Of a stretch of 12,634 nt of DNA, positions 1 to 9,169 are shown piece by piece. This stretch comes from Paraspadella gotoi (taxonomy: Eukaryota; Animalia; Chaetognatha). The notes beneath the pieces were generated by a model. That model ran no database searches. It worked only from the letters and a program-made list of their open reading frames with translations, and had not been told where the DNA came from. Position 1 is the stretch's first letter, and every line of letters starts with the position of its first letter. The position numbers and the translations under genes were made by a program. The stretch spans positions 25,840,743 through 25,853,376 of the forward strand of contig CM119264.1 in assembly GCA_051294375.1 (NCBI GenBank), in the 5' to 3' direction.

Positions 1-352
1 AAAAAAAGTATTTTTTGAAGGAAACAACAAAACGAAAGGCAACTGAAAAACAAAACAGAGAATAAAGAAGGCGTAAAATAAGAAAGAAACCTTTTCCCTT
101 CTTGTCTCGTCTTCTTTCTTATAGAAAATAAAAGAGAAAAAAATGATTTGAAATTCAAGGTCGAATTCTTTTCTTTTCTTTTCTTTTCTTTTCTTTTCTT
201 TTCTTTTCTTTTCTTTTCTTTTCTTTTCTTTTCTTTTTTATTTTGACGCATTTCAAACTACGTCTTTGCAATTTGCCAGCGATAATTTTATGTTTTAACC
301 TAAAATTTTCCCGAAATTACTTATCTCAAACCCATTTATAAAAAAAAAAAAT
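1..352 (-). repeat. Inverted copy of 661-1027
   Basis: Revcomp of 241-352 (tataaatgggtttgagataagtaatttcgggaaaatttta...tgcgtcaaaa) matches 678-790 (tatacatgggtttgagaaagtaatttcgggaaaattttttag...tgcgtcaaaa). Revcomp of 1-130 matches ~885-1027. Differences are mainly 1-3 bp indels. Confidence 0.92.
166..235 (+). repeat. (TTCTT)14 pentanucleotide microsatellite
   Basis: Perfect tandem TTCTT units. Confidence 0.97.
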
Positions 353-377
353 NNNNNNNNNNNNNNNNNNNNNNNNN
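353..377. other. Assembly gap (25 N)
   Basis: Run of 25 N. The sequence left of it is an inverted copy of sequence right of it. A fixed 25-N spacer is, from my recollection, what PBJelly writes for overfilled gaps (inference). Confidence 0.97.
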
Positions 378-516
378 GCGCGCCACCGATTAATCCGATT
401 AATATTATTAGTCTTGATATAAAGGGGACGGCACTGAAAAGGGCGGATATCGAAATAGGATGGTTTAGTTTTTTGACGTTTTTTATTTTTATTTATTTAA
501 AAAAAAAATCCACCAG
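378..516 (+). repeat. Inverted copy of 12151-12286
   Basis: aaaggggacgg...gggcggatatcgaaataggatggtttagtttttt matches revcomp of aaaactaaacatcctattttcgatatccgcccc...ccgtccccctt. Confidence 0.9.
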
Positions 517-660
517 GGGGAAGAGGGCGCGAGCTTATCAACACGGGCTAAATTTCCGCATTAGACTCGGCGTTAAAAATTCGATTCGGCTTCGTTAGCG
601 GAATATAGTTTTTAGTTTTTTTTCTGTTTTTTCTTTGAACTTTTCTTATACTCGTTCAAT

Positions 661-1027
661 ATCTTTTTTTTTTTTTTTTATACATGGGTTTGAGAAAGTA
701 ATTTCGGGAAAATTTTTTAGGTAAAATATAAAATTATCTGCTTGTGAGGCAATCGCCCAAACGCATCGTATTTCTGAAACTGCGTCAAAATAAAAAAAGA
801 AAAGAAAAGAAAGACGAGAAATCGACTTTAAAGTTCATAAAATACTCACAGCAGTTTTGTTTGTTTTCTGCTCTCTCTTACTTTCTATTAGAAAATGAAG
901 ACAGAGACAGAAGGGGAAACACGCTTTCGTTCTTATGTTTACGCCTTCGCTTATCTCATCTGTTTTGTTTTTCACTGCGCCTTGTTGCGTTTCATTGTTT
1001 GTTTCCGTCAAAATAAACTGTTTTTTT
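661..1027 (+). repeat. Inverted partner of 1-352
   Basis: Same alignment as for 1-352. The GAAAA array has about 3 units here versus 14 TTCTT units in the other copy. Confidence 0.92.
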
Positions 1028-1097
1028 CGAAAAACATAAACGTAATTTAGGAAGGGCTTCGGCCTCTCTCCCCATCTTCGCGCGACCGCCACACCAC

Positions 1098-1141
1098 CTC
1101 TCTCTCGCTCTCTCTCTCTCGTCTCCTCTCTCTCTCTCTCC
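1098..1141 (+). repeat. (CT)n microsatellite
   Basis: Interrupted CT dinucleotide run. Confidence 0.9.
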
Positions 1142-1528
1142 TGGTTCTGGTCACTTCCGGGTGACACCATCAATGAGACACCGCGGGTTGTTCTCTCCAT
1201 GAGGACTCAAAAGGGTTTCGACGTCCAGCGTCGACCCTGTTTCAAAAGTTTTCGCTTTCGACCTCACAGCAACGCGCGCTACCGCTGGTATCTCGCAACG
1301 GGGCTCTCGTAGAACGCGGGTGATGGCGGGGGTTTGTGCGACTTGGGGGTGGCTGGACATAATTGTTGGGTGGTGAAGTGGGTAGGGTTGACAGAGCAGA
1401 GGTCACAGAGACAGGAGAGAGAGAAAAGAAAGTAGGACAGAGCGGCGAATAATGTCAGAGAGTGAGGAGGGCCTGAGAACGAACGATAAAATCATTCGGG
1501 ATTTATCGAATTTTTATCTTCACTTGCG

Positions 1529-1760
1529 GTCATCGTCCGTCGGTTCCCGATCATACGAGCGATCGATGATGGTTTTTAAAATTGGAAGAGGTATAAAAGC
1601 TTTCCACGCTACGCGTGCCACTCCAGGAATTGCACTCTGTTTACGCTTGACAACCTTAGCTTACCAACCGTCCTTTAAATCCCTAGTTCCTTCTTGGTCA
1701 TGATGTCAAGATTTTATTTTATTCCGATTTTCAGTTCAATCTTTCAAATATAATAATCAT
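1529..1760 (+). repeat. Inverted copy of 11928-12146 (left flank of MITE)
   Basis: gatgatggtttttaaa...aagctttccacgcta...gtgccactcc...ggaattgcactctgtt...gtcatgatgtcaagattttattttattccga...tttcaaatataataatcat matches revcomp of 11928-12120. 1529-1560 is a degenerate (GTC)n matching the (GAC)n at 12123-12146. Confidence 0.92.
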
Positions 1761-2405
1761 TTAAGGCGGTAGTGAAAGTTATATACAAAATTCTAAAGAG
1801 TCAATTATGAACAACAATACCATCAGTGAACATTAATTTGTAAAAAAAATTAATTTTATAATTTTTTAATTTTCGGCAGGTAGGTCTTATAGTTTATAGT
1901 ATAGGTAACTAAATCCTTATAAAAATGAAAAATTTCAAAATAGGCTTTTTCTTAATTTTGATTGGCCGATTTGAATTCCCTCGTCAAAAGTTTAGATAAA
2001 AGAAAATATAAAATCATTTTTATAAAATTCTTTCATTAAAGTGGGTTGAAAAATTAAAAAACTATATTTAATAAATATATAAAAAAATAATTTTCAGCTT
2101 AAATATAGCTTTTTCTAATTTTGACCCACTATAATGAAAGAATTTTCAAAAAGAGTTATATTTCTTTTTACAACTTTTTATCTGACGAATCCAAATCTGC
2201 AAAAAAATAATCTTTAAAAAAAACTGTTTGTGAAATTTTAACATTATTTGTTTAGTACTAGTATAAAATATGCCTACTGCGTAACATTGAAAATTTATTA
2301 TAAATATTTTTATTACATAAAATTTCATTAGATAATGTTGTTCGTTTCCTGCACTTTTAAGAATTTTAATTAAAGTTAAATTTACGAAAATTTACTACGC
2401 CTTAA
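1761..2405. mobile_element. Non-autonomous fold-back (palindromic) DNA transposon/MITE with TTAA ends; Kolobok/PALTTAA-like
   Basis: Ends are ttaaggcggtagtgaaa (1761-) and tttactacgccttaa (-2405). The arms stay complementary to the centre, e.g. tttcattaaagtgggttgaaaaatt (2031-2055) vs aattttgacccactataatgaaa (2117-2139), around a ~30 bp spacer (2071-2099). It is AT-rich, has no credible ORF, and is absent from the homologous copy near 11928. Confidence 0.85.
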
Positions 2406-2599
2406 TTATATATCCGTGCAAATGGCAAATATATAAATGGTGACGCATAATTTTGATCTTTTGGTATCTGTATGTTTCCTCGAGTTGTTATCACACGAAT
2501 TCTAAATAATTTCTCTCAGTTTCTTTTGAATCATAATTATTTTTTTACCCATCCTAGGCCTTAAAAATTGTTCTTTATACTTTTTTTATCGCACTTAAA
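2406..2599 (+). repeat. Inverted copy of 11747-11927 (right flank of MITE)
   Basis: gcaaatggcaa...aaatggtgacg...ggtatctgtatgtttc...aattctaaataatttct...cagtttcttttgaatcataa...cacttaaa matches revcomp of 11747-11927. Confidence 0.9.
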
Positions 2600-2663
2600 T
2601 TATTTCCCTTTAAAGTAGAGTCTCTGTCTGCGAAATCTGAAAAGTATCAGCTTTTACCTTTCG

Positions 2664-2792
2664 TCTCTCTTCTCTCTCTTCGCTCTCTCTCTCTCTCTCT
2701 GTCGTCTCTCCATCTATCTCTCTCTCACCCCTCCCTCCTCGTCTCTCCTCCACGACTGATCTCTCTCTCTCTCTCTCTCTCATCTCTCGTCT
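2664..2792 (+). repeat. (CT)n microsatellite, interrupted
   Basis: CT runs with cgt interruptions. Confidence 0.9.
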
Positions 2793-2968
2793 CAGCACTT
2801 ATAATTTGCGAGACAGTTACGTGTTGCCGCCACTTGCCTCATCGTCCATTCACTGCTGCCGCCGAAGTGTTCGCCGGACGAACCGCTAGCAGTCTGGAGG
2901 ACGTCTAAAGCCCATCCACCTTCCTCGTTTGCATGTGAATGTAATCATCTATCATATCGCATTAACAG

Positions 2969-3107
2969 TATCATCATCATGATTGTTAAAATATAATCCG
3001 CTCAGTATCATCGTAATCATCATCATCATCACATTATAAATCATCATCGTCATCATCATCATGCAATCATCATCATCATCATCATGCATCACATCGTCGT
3101 CGTCATC
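2969..3107 (+). repeat. (CAT)n / (CGT)n trinucleotide microsatellite, interrupted
   Basis: Multiple catcatcat runs ending in cgtcgtcgtc. Confidence 0.9.
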
Positions 3108-3788
3108 GCCCATCCCAGAAATCGAGAAAAGGGACTCTTTTTTTGATAATCATGCAGTGTCCCGAACGAGCCTCAACTTTTTTTTTCCTCATCATCGTCA
3201 TCATTTTCTGCACGCGTTCATGAATTTTAATGATTTTTTCTTTCGCATTTCTTCTTCTTTTGTTTTATTTCTTCATCTTTTCCTTCTGAATCTCATCACT
3301 TTTAAGGAGGCGAGACTTTGTAACGAAATAGAGTCAGTCTACGTTTACCTTTTATATATACAATATTTTTTTTTTACTTTTAATTTACGGCGCGTCTGGG
3401 TAATGATGGGAAGATGGGTCGGAGTTTAAAAGGAGGGGAAGCAGGGGATGTGTTGGCGGCGTCCTTGCCCGTCAGCGTCACGAACGTTAAATTCAAACAG
3501 AGAGAAACGAGAGAAAATCGAAAAGAGTTTCTTTCTTTTTTTATAAAAAAAAAAACAAATTACGTTACCTACACCGTCTCGATTTGAAAAAAAAATTAAT
3601 AATTAAAACCGGAAGTATCTCCCGTCTTGTATTTTTTCATCGACATTCATAATATTATATCTTTGCCCTTGAATATTTTTAAAATCTTCATTTTCGTTTC
3701 TTCATTAAACTCACGTCGATTTTCCACCCTTTTGTTCATTTCCCCCTACCCACTCTTTCCAATCCAACTAACCCCCCCCTCAAGCCAG

Positions 3789-4132
3789 ATCCGAGGGCGG
3801 CCCCGGACCTCTCCTCTCCTGGTCAGTGGACACCGCGTGGGCCTGGCAGTTCCGTCACAGGACCGGTCGGTCCTCCCTCTCCCAGTTCCGTGTACGTGCT
3901 CGTGCTTATCGCGACGTGGGCAAATCGGTCCCGCTGCTCCATGCACTCATCACAGGATTGGAAACTCCTCCATTCGTCCCCTCTTGTCTCCTTCATTCTC
4001 AACGACAATCAAGTTCCACCAAAGAATCGTCTTGTCCCCAGGAACAGATCGTCCGCGATCTCGGACGCCGCCTTTGAACGTCACAGCTGCCAGGGTTCTC
4101 GCGAATCCACGCACCGTCAGCCACACGGCATG
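3789..4132 (+). CDS. Candidate exon of a Rab-like small GTPase (G1-G3), frameshifted as assembled
   Basis: GC-rich island preceded by a branch-point-like ctaac (3768-3772), a C-tract and AG, and ending at atg|gtgag (GT at 4133). Switching frames gives VYVLVLI / DVGKS..LLHALITG (G1-like, ~3890-3956), STTIKFHQRIVL (G2-like, ~3999-4034) and AISDAAFER...HRQPHGM (cf. Rab IWDTAGQER...YRGAHGI, with similar spacing). It needs at least 3 frame corrections and was matched by eye only. Confidence 0.45.
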
Positions 4133-5030
4133 GTGAGCTAGACTGCATTCTGGGAGAGCTATCGAATGCGTAAGACACAGTGAGTGCGAAAGAATTTAAC
4201 GCAAGCGAAAAGTTGAAACGTATGAGGCGAGAATACCGAGCTTATTTAAAACGTCAAAAGGAAGCAAGATGGTTCAGCAACAGATCAAAATAAGCAGGAA
4301 AGACAAATCAGCTGCGTCAGACTAAACTGTTGTCCACTTCGAGCAAGGAATAGCTAAAGACAGTTGTTTGAAGGCCGTTTTGCACCGAATCCCGATATTA
4401 GTCAGATTTGTGTGCACATTTGTTTAATCCGTTGATAGTAACTATATGTCGATGCTAAAGGACTGTCGTTACCTCTAAATTAGAAGTCGGTTACAAAAGG
4501 AGCAGTGGGGACCCGACGAAGAAACTCGGTCCGCAAGGGGTTAATTATTTAAGTGTTCCTCTCGATTCTCATGTTCCTTCTTCCTTCGAGAGTCGGATGG
4601 CAGTTAGTGATGAACTTGAATGATGAACTGGTGAGAACGTGGGGGAGTGGCGGTCGCCGGGGCTGCGGGATGCGGCCGGCGGCTGCGGCGGAGAGCGGAG
4701 GGGCGGCTATCAGGGCGGTCAGCGAAACAAAGCGTCGCTTAAAGGGAACTCGTGTGTATCACTGGATCGGTGGACGGCCGCTCATCGCCGTCGTCGCCGT
4801 TTTCGATTTGCGGCTTCGCTATAGTATCCGAAAGTACTCGTCACCGGCTGGTCCGAACCGTCGCCCCCTCTATCCCAGCCTATTCAAAACAAATTTCCCC
4901 GCCCACCTACCATCAAGATACAAACCTTTATATCCCCCACTCACCCACCCCACCCCCACCGACATTGGGTTGTCGAAAGGCGACGTGTTGATTTAATCGA
5001 ACGATTTATGTGTTATCTTAGGTTTTGAAG

Positions 5031-5077
5031 TTGATTTCTTGTTATCCGACGACGTTCCAACTCGTCTCTCTTTTGCG
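5031..5077 (+). CDS. Candidate micro-exon of the Rab-like GTPase (beta4 region)
   Basis: Follows candidate acceptors ttatcttag (5021) or ttttgaag (5030). Reads FLLSDDVPTRLSFA, cf. Rab LLVYDVTxRxSF. GT at 5078 is a weak donor. Confidence 0.35.
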
Positions 5078-5662
5078 GTCTTGCGAGATAATTTTTCTTT
5101 CGTTGATTCTTGTTCTCGTCAGTTTATCTTTTTGATTTCTGTATCGATTTCTTCCTGGTCTTCTTGTCGTTTGCTTTCTTTAAGGCGTTCTTTGTCTTTT
5201 TTCAAACTAAAGTGGTATCACATGGAGCTTGTGGTCCTCATTTTAGCATTATTTTCTTTCTTTCTTTATTTCTTTCTTTGCTTTCTTTCTTTCCTTTCTT
5301 ATCTTTTTCTTATGCTTTCTTTCTTATAATTTGTTCATGTTCATTGTTCTTTCGGTTTCTTTCTTTCATTATGTTTCCATATGTGTGTCCAGTTCTTTCA
5401 ACTATCTCAAACGACGTGTTCCCCTATCGCCGGTTAAAAATCTTTTTATTATTTTCATTTTAATTTCATTTTAATTTTTAATTAATTATTTCTGATTTGT
5501 CCTCGGAGAATCGCTCTGTGTGATGCTTTCCTTTTCTCCGAAGCTTACGATGAAAGAGAGGAAAAGTAAAAGGAAACAAAAAATCCTCTTCGTCTATTTG
5601 AATAGAGCCGATATTGGTTTATCCATTGTCTCCTTCTGTCGCTGGTTTCCCATAACCCAAAG

Positions 5663-5711
5663 CTCTCTCTCTCTTCTCTCTCTCTCTCGTCTCTCTCATC
5701 CCCTCTCTCTC

Positions 5712-5752
<41 letters not shown>

Positions 5753-5760
5753 CTTCTTCC
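5663..5760 (+). repeat. (CT)n microsatellite
   Basis: Long CT run. Confidence 0.92.
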
Positions 5761-6581
5761 CTCGAGTTTCATTTCCGCAATCTGTGCCCATTTCCATTTC
5801 CCATTAACCTCCAGTTTTCTTTGGTTTACTCTGCGTATTTTTTTTTTCTCCGACCAAGATAAAATACCGAGAGTTTGACCCATTTTCCATGCTTGACTTC
5901 TGTTTGAGACGTTCGTCCCTTTGGGTTTTTACGTTCGAGAGGCAACGACGCCAACGAGCCGCAAGAACTCGACGAAGGACCAAAACTTTCTTTCACCAAA
6001 CCAATTTTTTTACTCTTTCTCTCTCTCTTTTTTTTTTTTTTTTTGCGCGGAGGAGAAGATGAATATACGGACAGCCTGAAAGTGGGTTGCAGTGAGCAGA
6101 TAGAAAAGGCGAGGTGTGGGAAATGACTTTGGAGTCACGCACTGGGTGGCGGACGATCTCCGGCTTGCACAGTGCGCAGCCGTGCACGAGTATAGTCGTA
6201 CGGCGTTCCTAATATCAGTTGCGCGGAAACTTCTATTTCTACTTCATGCGATTTCCGAGAAATGTAAATAAGAACCTCAACACGGAAGCCGAGTGCCACA
6301 TTTTTTTTTCTCTGCCCAACGGGCATCGCGGTTTCGCGAGGCTGCTGCGCATTTTACGCTGTTGGTGCGCATAAATCTGCAAATTGTGCGCAATAAGGGT
6401 GCGCGGAGGGATATCTCGAGGGGCGAAGGGAAACGATTACCGTTGGAAGAAAAGAAGAGAGTTAAAAATGTGCTTTGTTAGTCTCAACTGCAAGTGCACA
6501 CAACAAAAGGGAATGGAATAGAGGATAGAGACATTAAAAGGAAAAAATGAGAGATGAGGGAACGGTGAGAGTGAAGGGGGG

Positions 6582-6603
6582 GAGAGAAAGAGAGAGAGAG
6601 AGC

Positions 6604-6663
<60 letters not shown>

Positions 6664-6680
6664 AGAGAGGAGAGACAGAG
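6582..6680 (+). repeat. (GA)n microsatellite
   Basis: Long GA run, in the opposite orientation to the long CT tracts in the window. Confidence 0.92.
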
Positions 6681-7220
6681 TATACTGAAGCTCGAAGGAT
6701 AGATGATGAGATTATACTCAAAGTTTTTTATTCTTTTTTTTTCCGCTTATCTGTCGCTGAAGCGTGAAATGACTCTTATGCTGCCCTTTACGTCACAACG
6801 TTCCCCACAGTTGCCGTCGCGGCCCTTCTTTACGCAACCTGTCTATTTGAACCTAGCGCCATTTTAAACCCGCCACCAACACGTCCGCCACTCCCCGCCA
6901 TATTATACATTTACTCTTTAAGGCCAATGGTGATTCTCTTATATGAATTAATCCTGAAACATATCTAAATTTTCGCTGCCCGTCGGCTGACGCCACGGCG
7001 CCTTCCTTTTCTCCTGAAACGACCGCACTGACGAGACGACGTCCCTTCCTTCCGCCGCCTCCTTACGCCATCAAATTCCCCCCACCCGGCGCCCGCCTTA
7101 TAAACCCCATTACGCGGCCCACTTTCCGGTCTGACAGCGAATCCGCAATCTAAGGAGACTATTATCGCCTCGCCGCTGCCCGATCAATTATAGGAGGAGC
7201 AAACCAATAAAAAGCAATTT

Positions 7221-8253
7221 CTACTCTTTTTTTTTTCTCTCTCGCTTTCTTTTCTTCCTCTCTATACTCACTCATCTCTCCAGTTTCTCTGTTCTCTCTC
7301 TCTCTTCTCTCTCTCATTCCCTCTCCTTTCTTCTCCTCTCTCTCTTCTCTCTCTCTCCGTCTCTTCTCTCTCTCTCTCTCTTTCTCTCGTCTCTCTCTGC
7401 GCTATCTTTTTTTTTTTTTCTGTACTTATTTTTTTTTATATTTTTTTTTTTCATATTTTTTTCCCTTTACCGTCGCTTCAGAGTCAGTTGACTTGTAGCT
7501 TCTGGTCCTCTTTCTCTGTGTCTCTATCTTTCTTACTCGTTCCTTGTTTTTCCTCTGTTTATTTTGTTTCTTGTCCTTTATTTCTTCTTTTTCTTTCTGT
7601 CCCTGTTTTGATCGTTTTCTTTTCCTTTCCATTATGCTTAGTCTTTGGTTGTTTCTTGCTGTCCTGTCTTTTGTCATTGTTAGTGTTTCTGCTTTTTTCA
7701 TGTCTTGTAGTTCTCTTTTTTCTATCTCTCGTGTTCTTTTCTTCACTTTCCTTCCCATCGGTCCGCCAAATCTAACATTTTGGCTCTGTGTTTGAAAACT
7801 AATCGTGTTTGGGGCGTCTACTTGGATTGCTTTTGTACTATGCGTCGTCTGTTTAGGTTGTATCGTCTGTTATTATCTCCGTGTCGTGTCTTCGTTAAAC
7901 GCCAATCCCTTCTTGTTGTTATTTTGTTCTTTTGGGTGTTTTGAATCCTTTTCTTTCCTTTTTCTTTTTGCTTTTCTTTCTTTCTTTCTTTTCTTTCTTC
8001 CGTTTCCTTTTCTTCTTTTTTTCTTAATTTTTTCTTCTCTTTTTCTTCCCTGTTCTCTTCTCTCCTCTTTCGATGCGTGCTCTCGTTCCTATCTCCTGCT
8101 CGGTCGTCTCTCTCATCGTTCGCCTCCCTCTGATCGTATCAACTACTCATCTCTTTCAGTCTCGTCTCTTCTCTCTCTCATCCATCTTCTCCGGTCTCCT
8201 CTCTCTCCATCACTTTCCTTCTCTCACATCTCACTCTCTCTCTCTCTCTCTCT
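7221..8253 (+). repeat. Pyrimidine-rich low-complexity region including (CT)n at ~7236-7398 and ~8050-8253
   Basis: Strong T/C skew, poly-T runs and CT runs. Confidence 0.85.
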
Positions 8254-8261
8254 AATCTCAG

Positions 8262-8320
8262 CCCGAACGAAGATTTGGCTCAACGAGTTATCTCAAACTT
8301 GGGGAACCTTAAACGACGAA
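8262..8320 (+). CDS. Candidate micro-exon of the Rab-like GTPase (helix alpha3)
   Basis: Long CT tract, then ctaat-ctcag acceptor; donor gaa|gtacg. Reads (A)RTKIWLNELSQTWGTLNDE, cf. Rab5 ARAKNWVKELQRQ and the general Rab KxWLxEL pattern. Confidence 0.45.
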
Positions 8321-8612
8321 GTACGAAATTTTTCTAAAAAAAATATTTTGGATGAAGTGTTGTGTCAGAAAGTAGTTGCGTATTAATGAGAATAAGTTAG
8401 TCAATAACGTTTACGTAAGCGTATTGAGTGCGCTGGGATAAACTGCGCGAAGCTCGTTTTAACCTTCTTTTAAAATCGTTTTTGTGTTTTATTTTTTTTC
8501 CGCAACCGCCCTGCGCTTGCGCCGAGCGCGCCGTCACCGCCGCGCCCGCCAGGCCGCCCCCGCCGCCTGCTCCGTCCCGCTGCCCACTTGCTTCCCCATT
8601 TACTTTTCCAAG

Positions 8613-8799
8613 GATTTTAATCGGAAAATCTCCCTCTATCGCACGAATCCTTGCAGTCTCTTATTCCCGTTTCGGTCGTGAACAAATCAAGGTTGAGGGA
8701 AGAGATGAAGCCTCTGACATAGAAGATTCGCGATTAAATATATCCGGCCGAAATCTTGAAATGGTTTTTGAGTTATTCGATCAGTATTATATTGGCTAA
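8613..8799 (+). CDS. Candidate exon of the Rab-like GTPase (G4-G5, alpha5)
   Basis: Follows the candidate acceptor tttacttttccaag. One open frame (3' end of ORF 8428-8799) reads ILIGKS (cf. ILVGNKxD)...AVS...IEDSRLNISGRNLEMVFELF (cf. IETSAxxGxNVExxF). Confidence 0.45.
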
Positions 8800-9169
8800 A
8801 ACGGCAGCACATATTTCAGTGATAGTTTAAAGGTTTTAATCGAATAAGTAATACCTAACACAGAAATATGTAAATCAGACGAATATGGGTTGAAAAAAGT
8901 TAAAATGTATGTATATATATACATATATATATATAGTATACATTATACTTGTATCGCAACTCATAACGCTGAAAATGCGACATAGAACAAAACATTCCCG
9001 CCCCCCCAAAAAAAAAAGAAACTCACTTTTCAAAGAAAACCTGAAATCAATGCTGCATCGAAGTCGCTCCTCGTGAACCAAAAACAAAAAAAGTATAATT
9101 GGGTTGAGTCATGACATAAATGGAAAACAGCGAAGAAAACTGGGGAAAAGCGACTGAAAAGCGGAAAGC

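Noticed and set aside
744-3429. ORFs 744-1016, 835-1200, 2146-2328, 2610-2798 and 3061-3429
   Set aside because: They derive from microsatellites, the MITE arm or low-complexity sequence, with no recognisable domains.
3880-3935. FRVRARAYRDVGKS as a fibronectin type III strand
   Set aside because: No other FN3 features are nearby, and it overlaps the P-loop reading.
3773-4149. Minus-strand reading as a LamG/pentraxin-like segment (LFLGQDDS.GG) followed by collagen Gly-X-Y (GPTGP..PGPRG..PGE.GP)
   Set aside because: It needs many frame corrections, and Gly/Pro codons read similarly on both strands. The + strand has a branch point, a GTGAG donor and downstream exons in a consistent order. Not excluded, but ranked second.
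4528-4544. ggtccgcaaggggttaa as a piggyBac-like right terminus
   Set aside because: I found no matching left terminus (ttaaccc...) in the window.
6811-6845. AVAALLYAT after ccccacag as the Rab GAVGALLVYD exon
   Set aside because: It is redundant with, and out of order relative to, the 5031-5077 candidate, and it lacks the Asp.
5039-8386. Long Phe/Leu/Ser-rich or Arg/Glu/Lys-rich ORFs (e.g. 5039-5329, 5110-5463, 5545-5883, 7426-7758, 7488-7775, 7805-8386) as membrane or basic proteins
   Set aside because: These are stop-poor translations of CT/T-rich low-complexity DNA. Only the short embedded exon candidates were kept.
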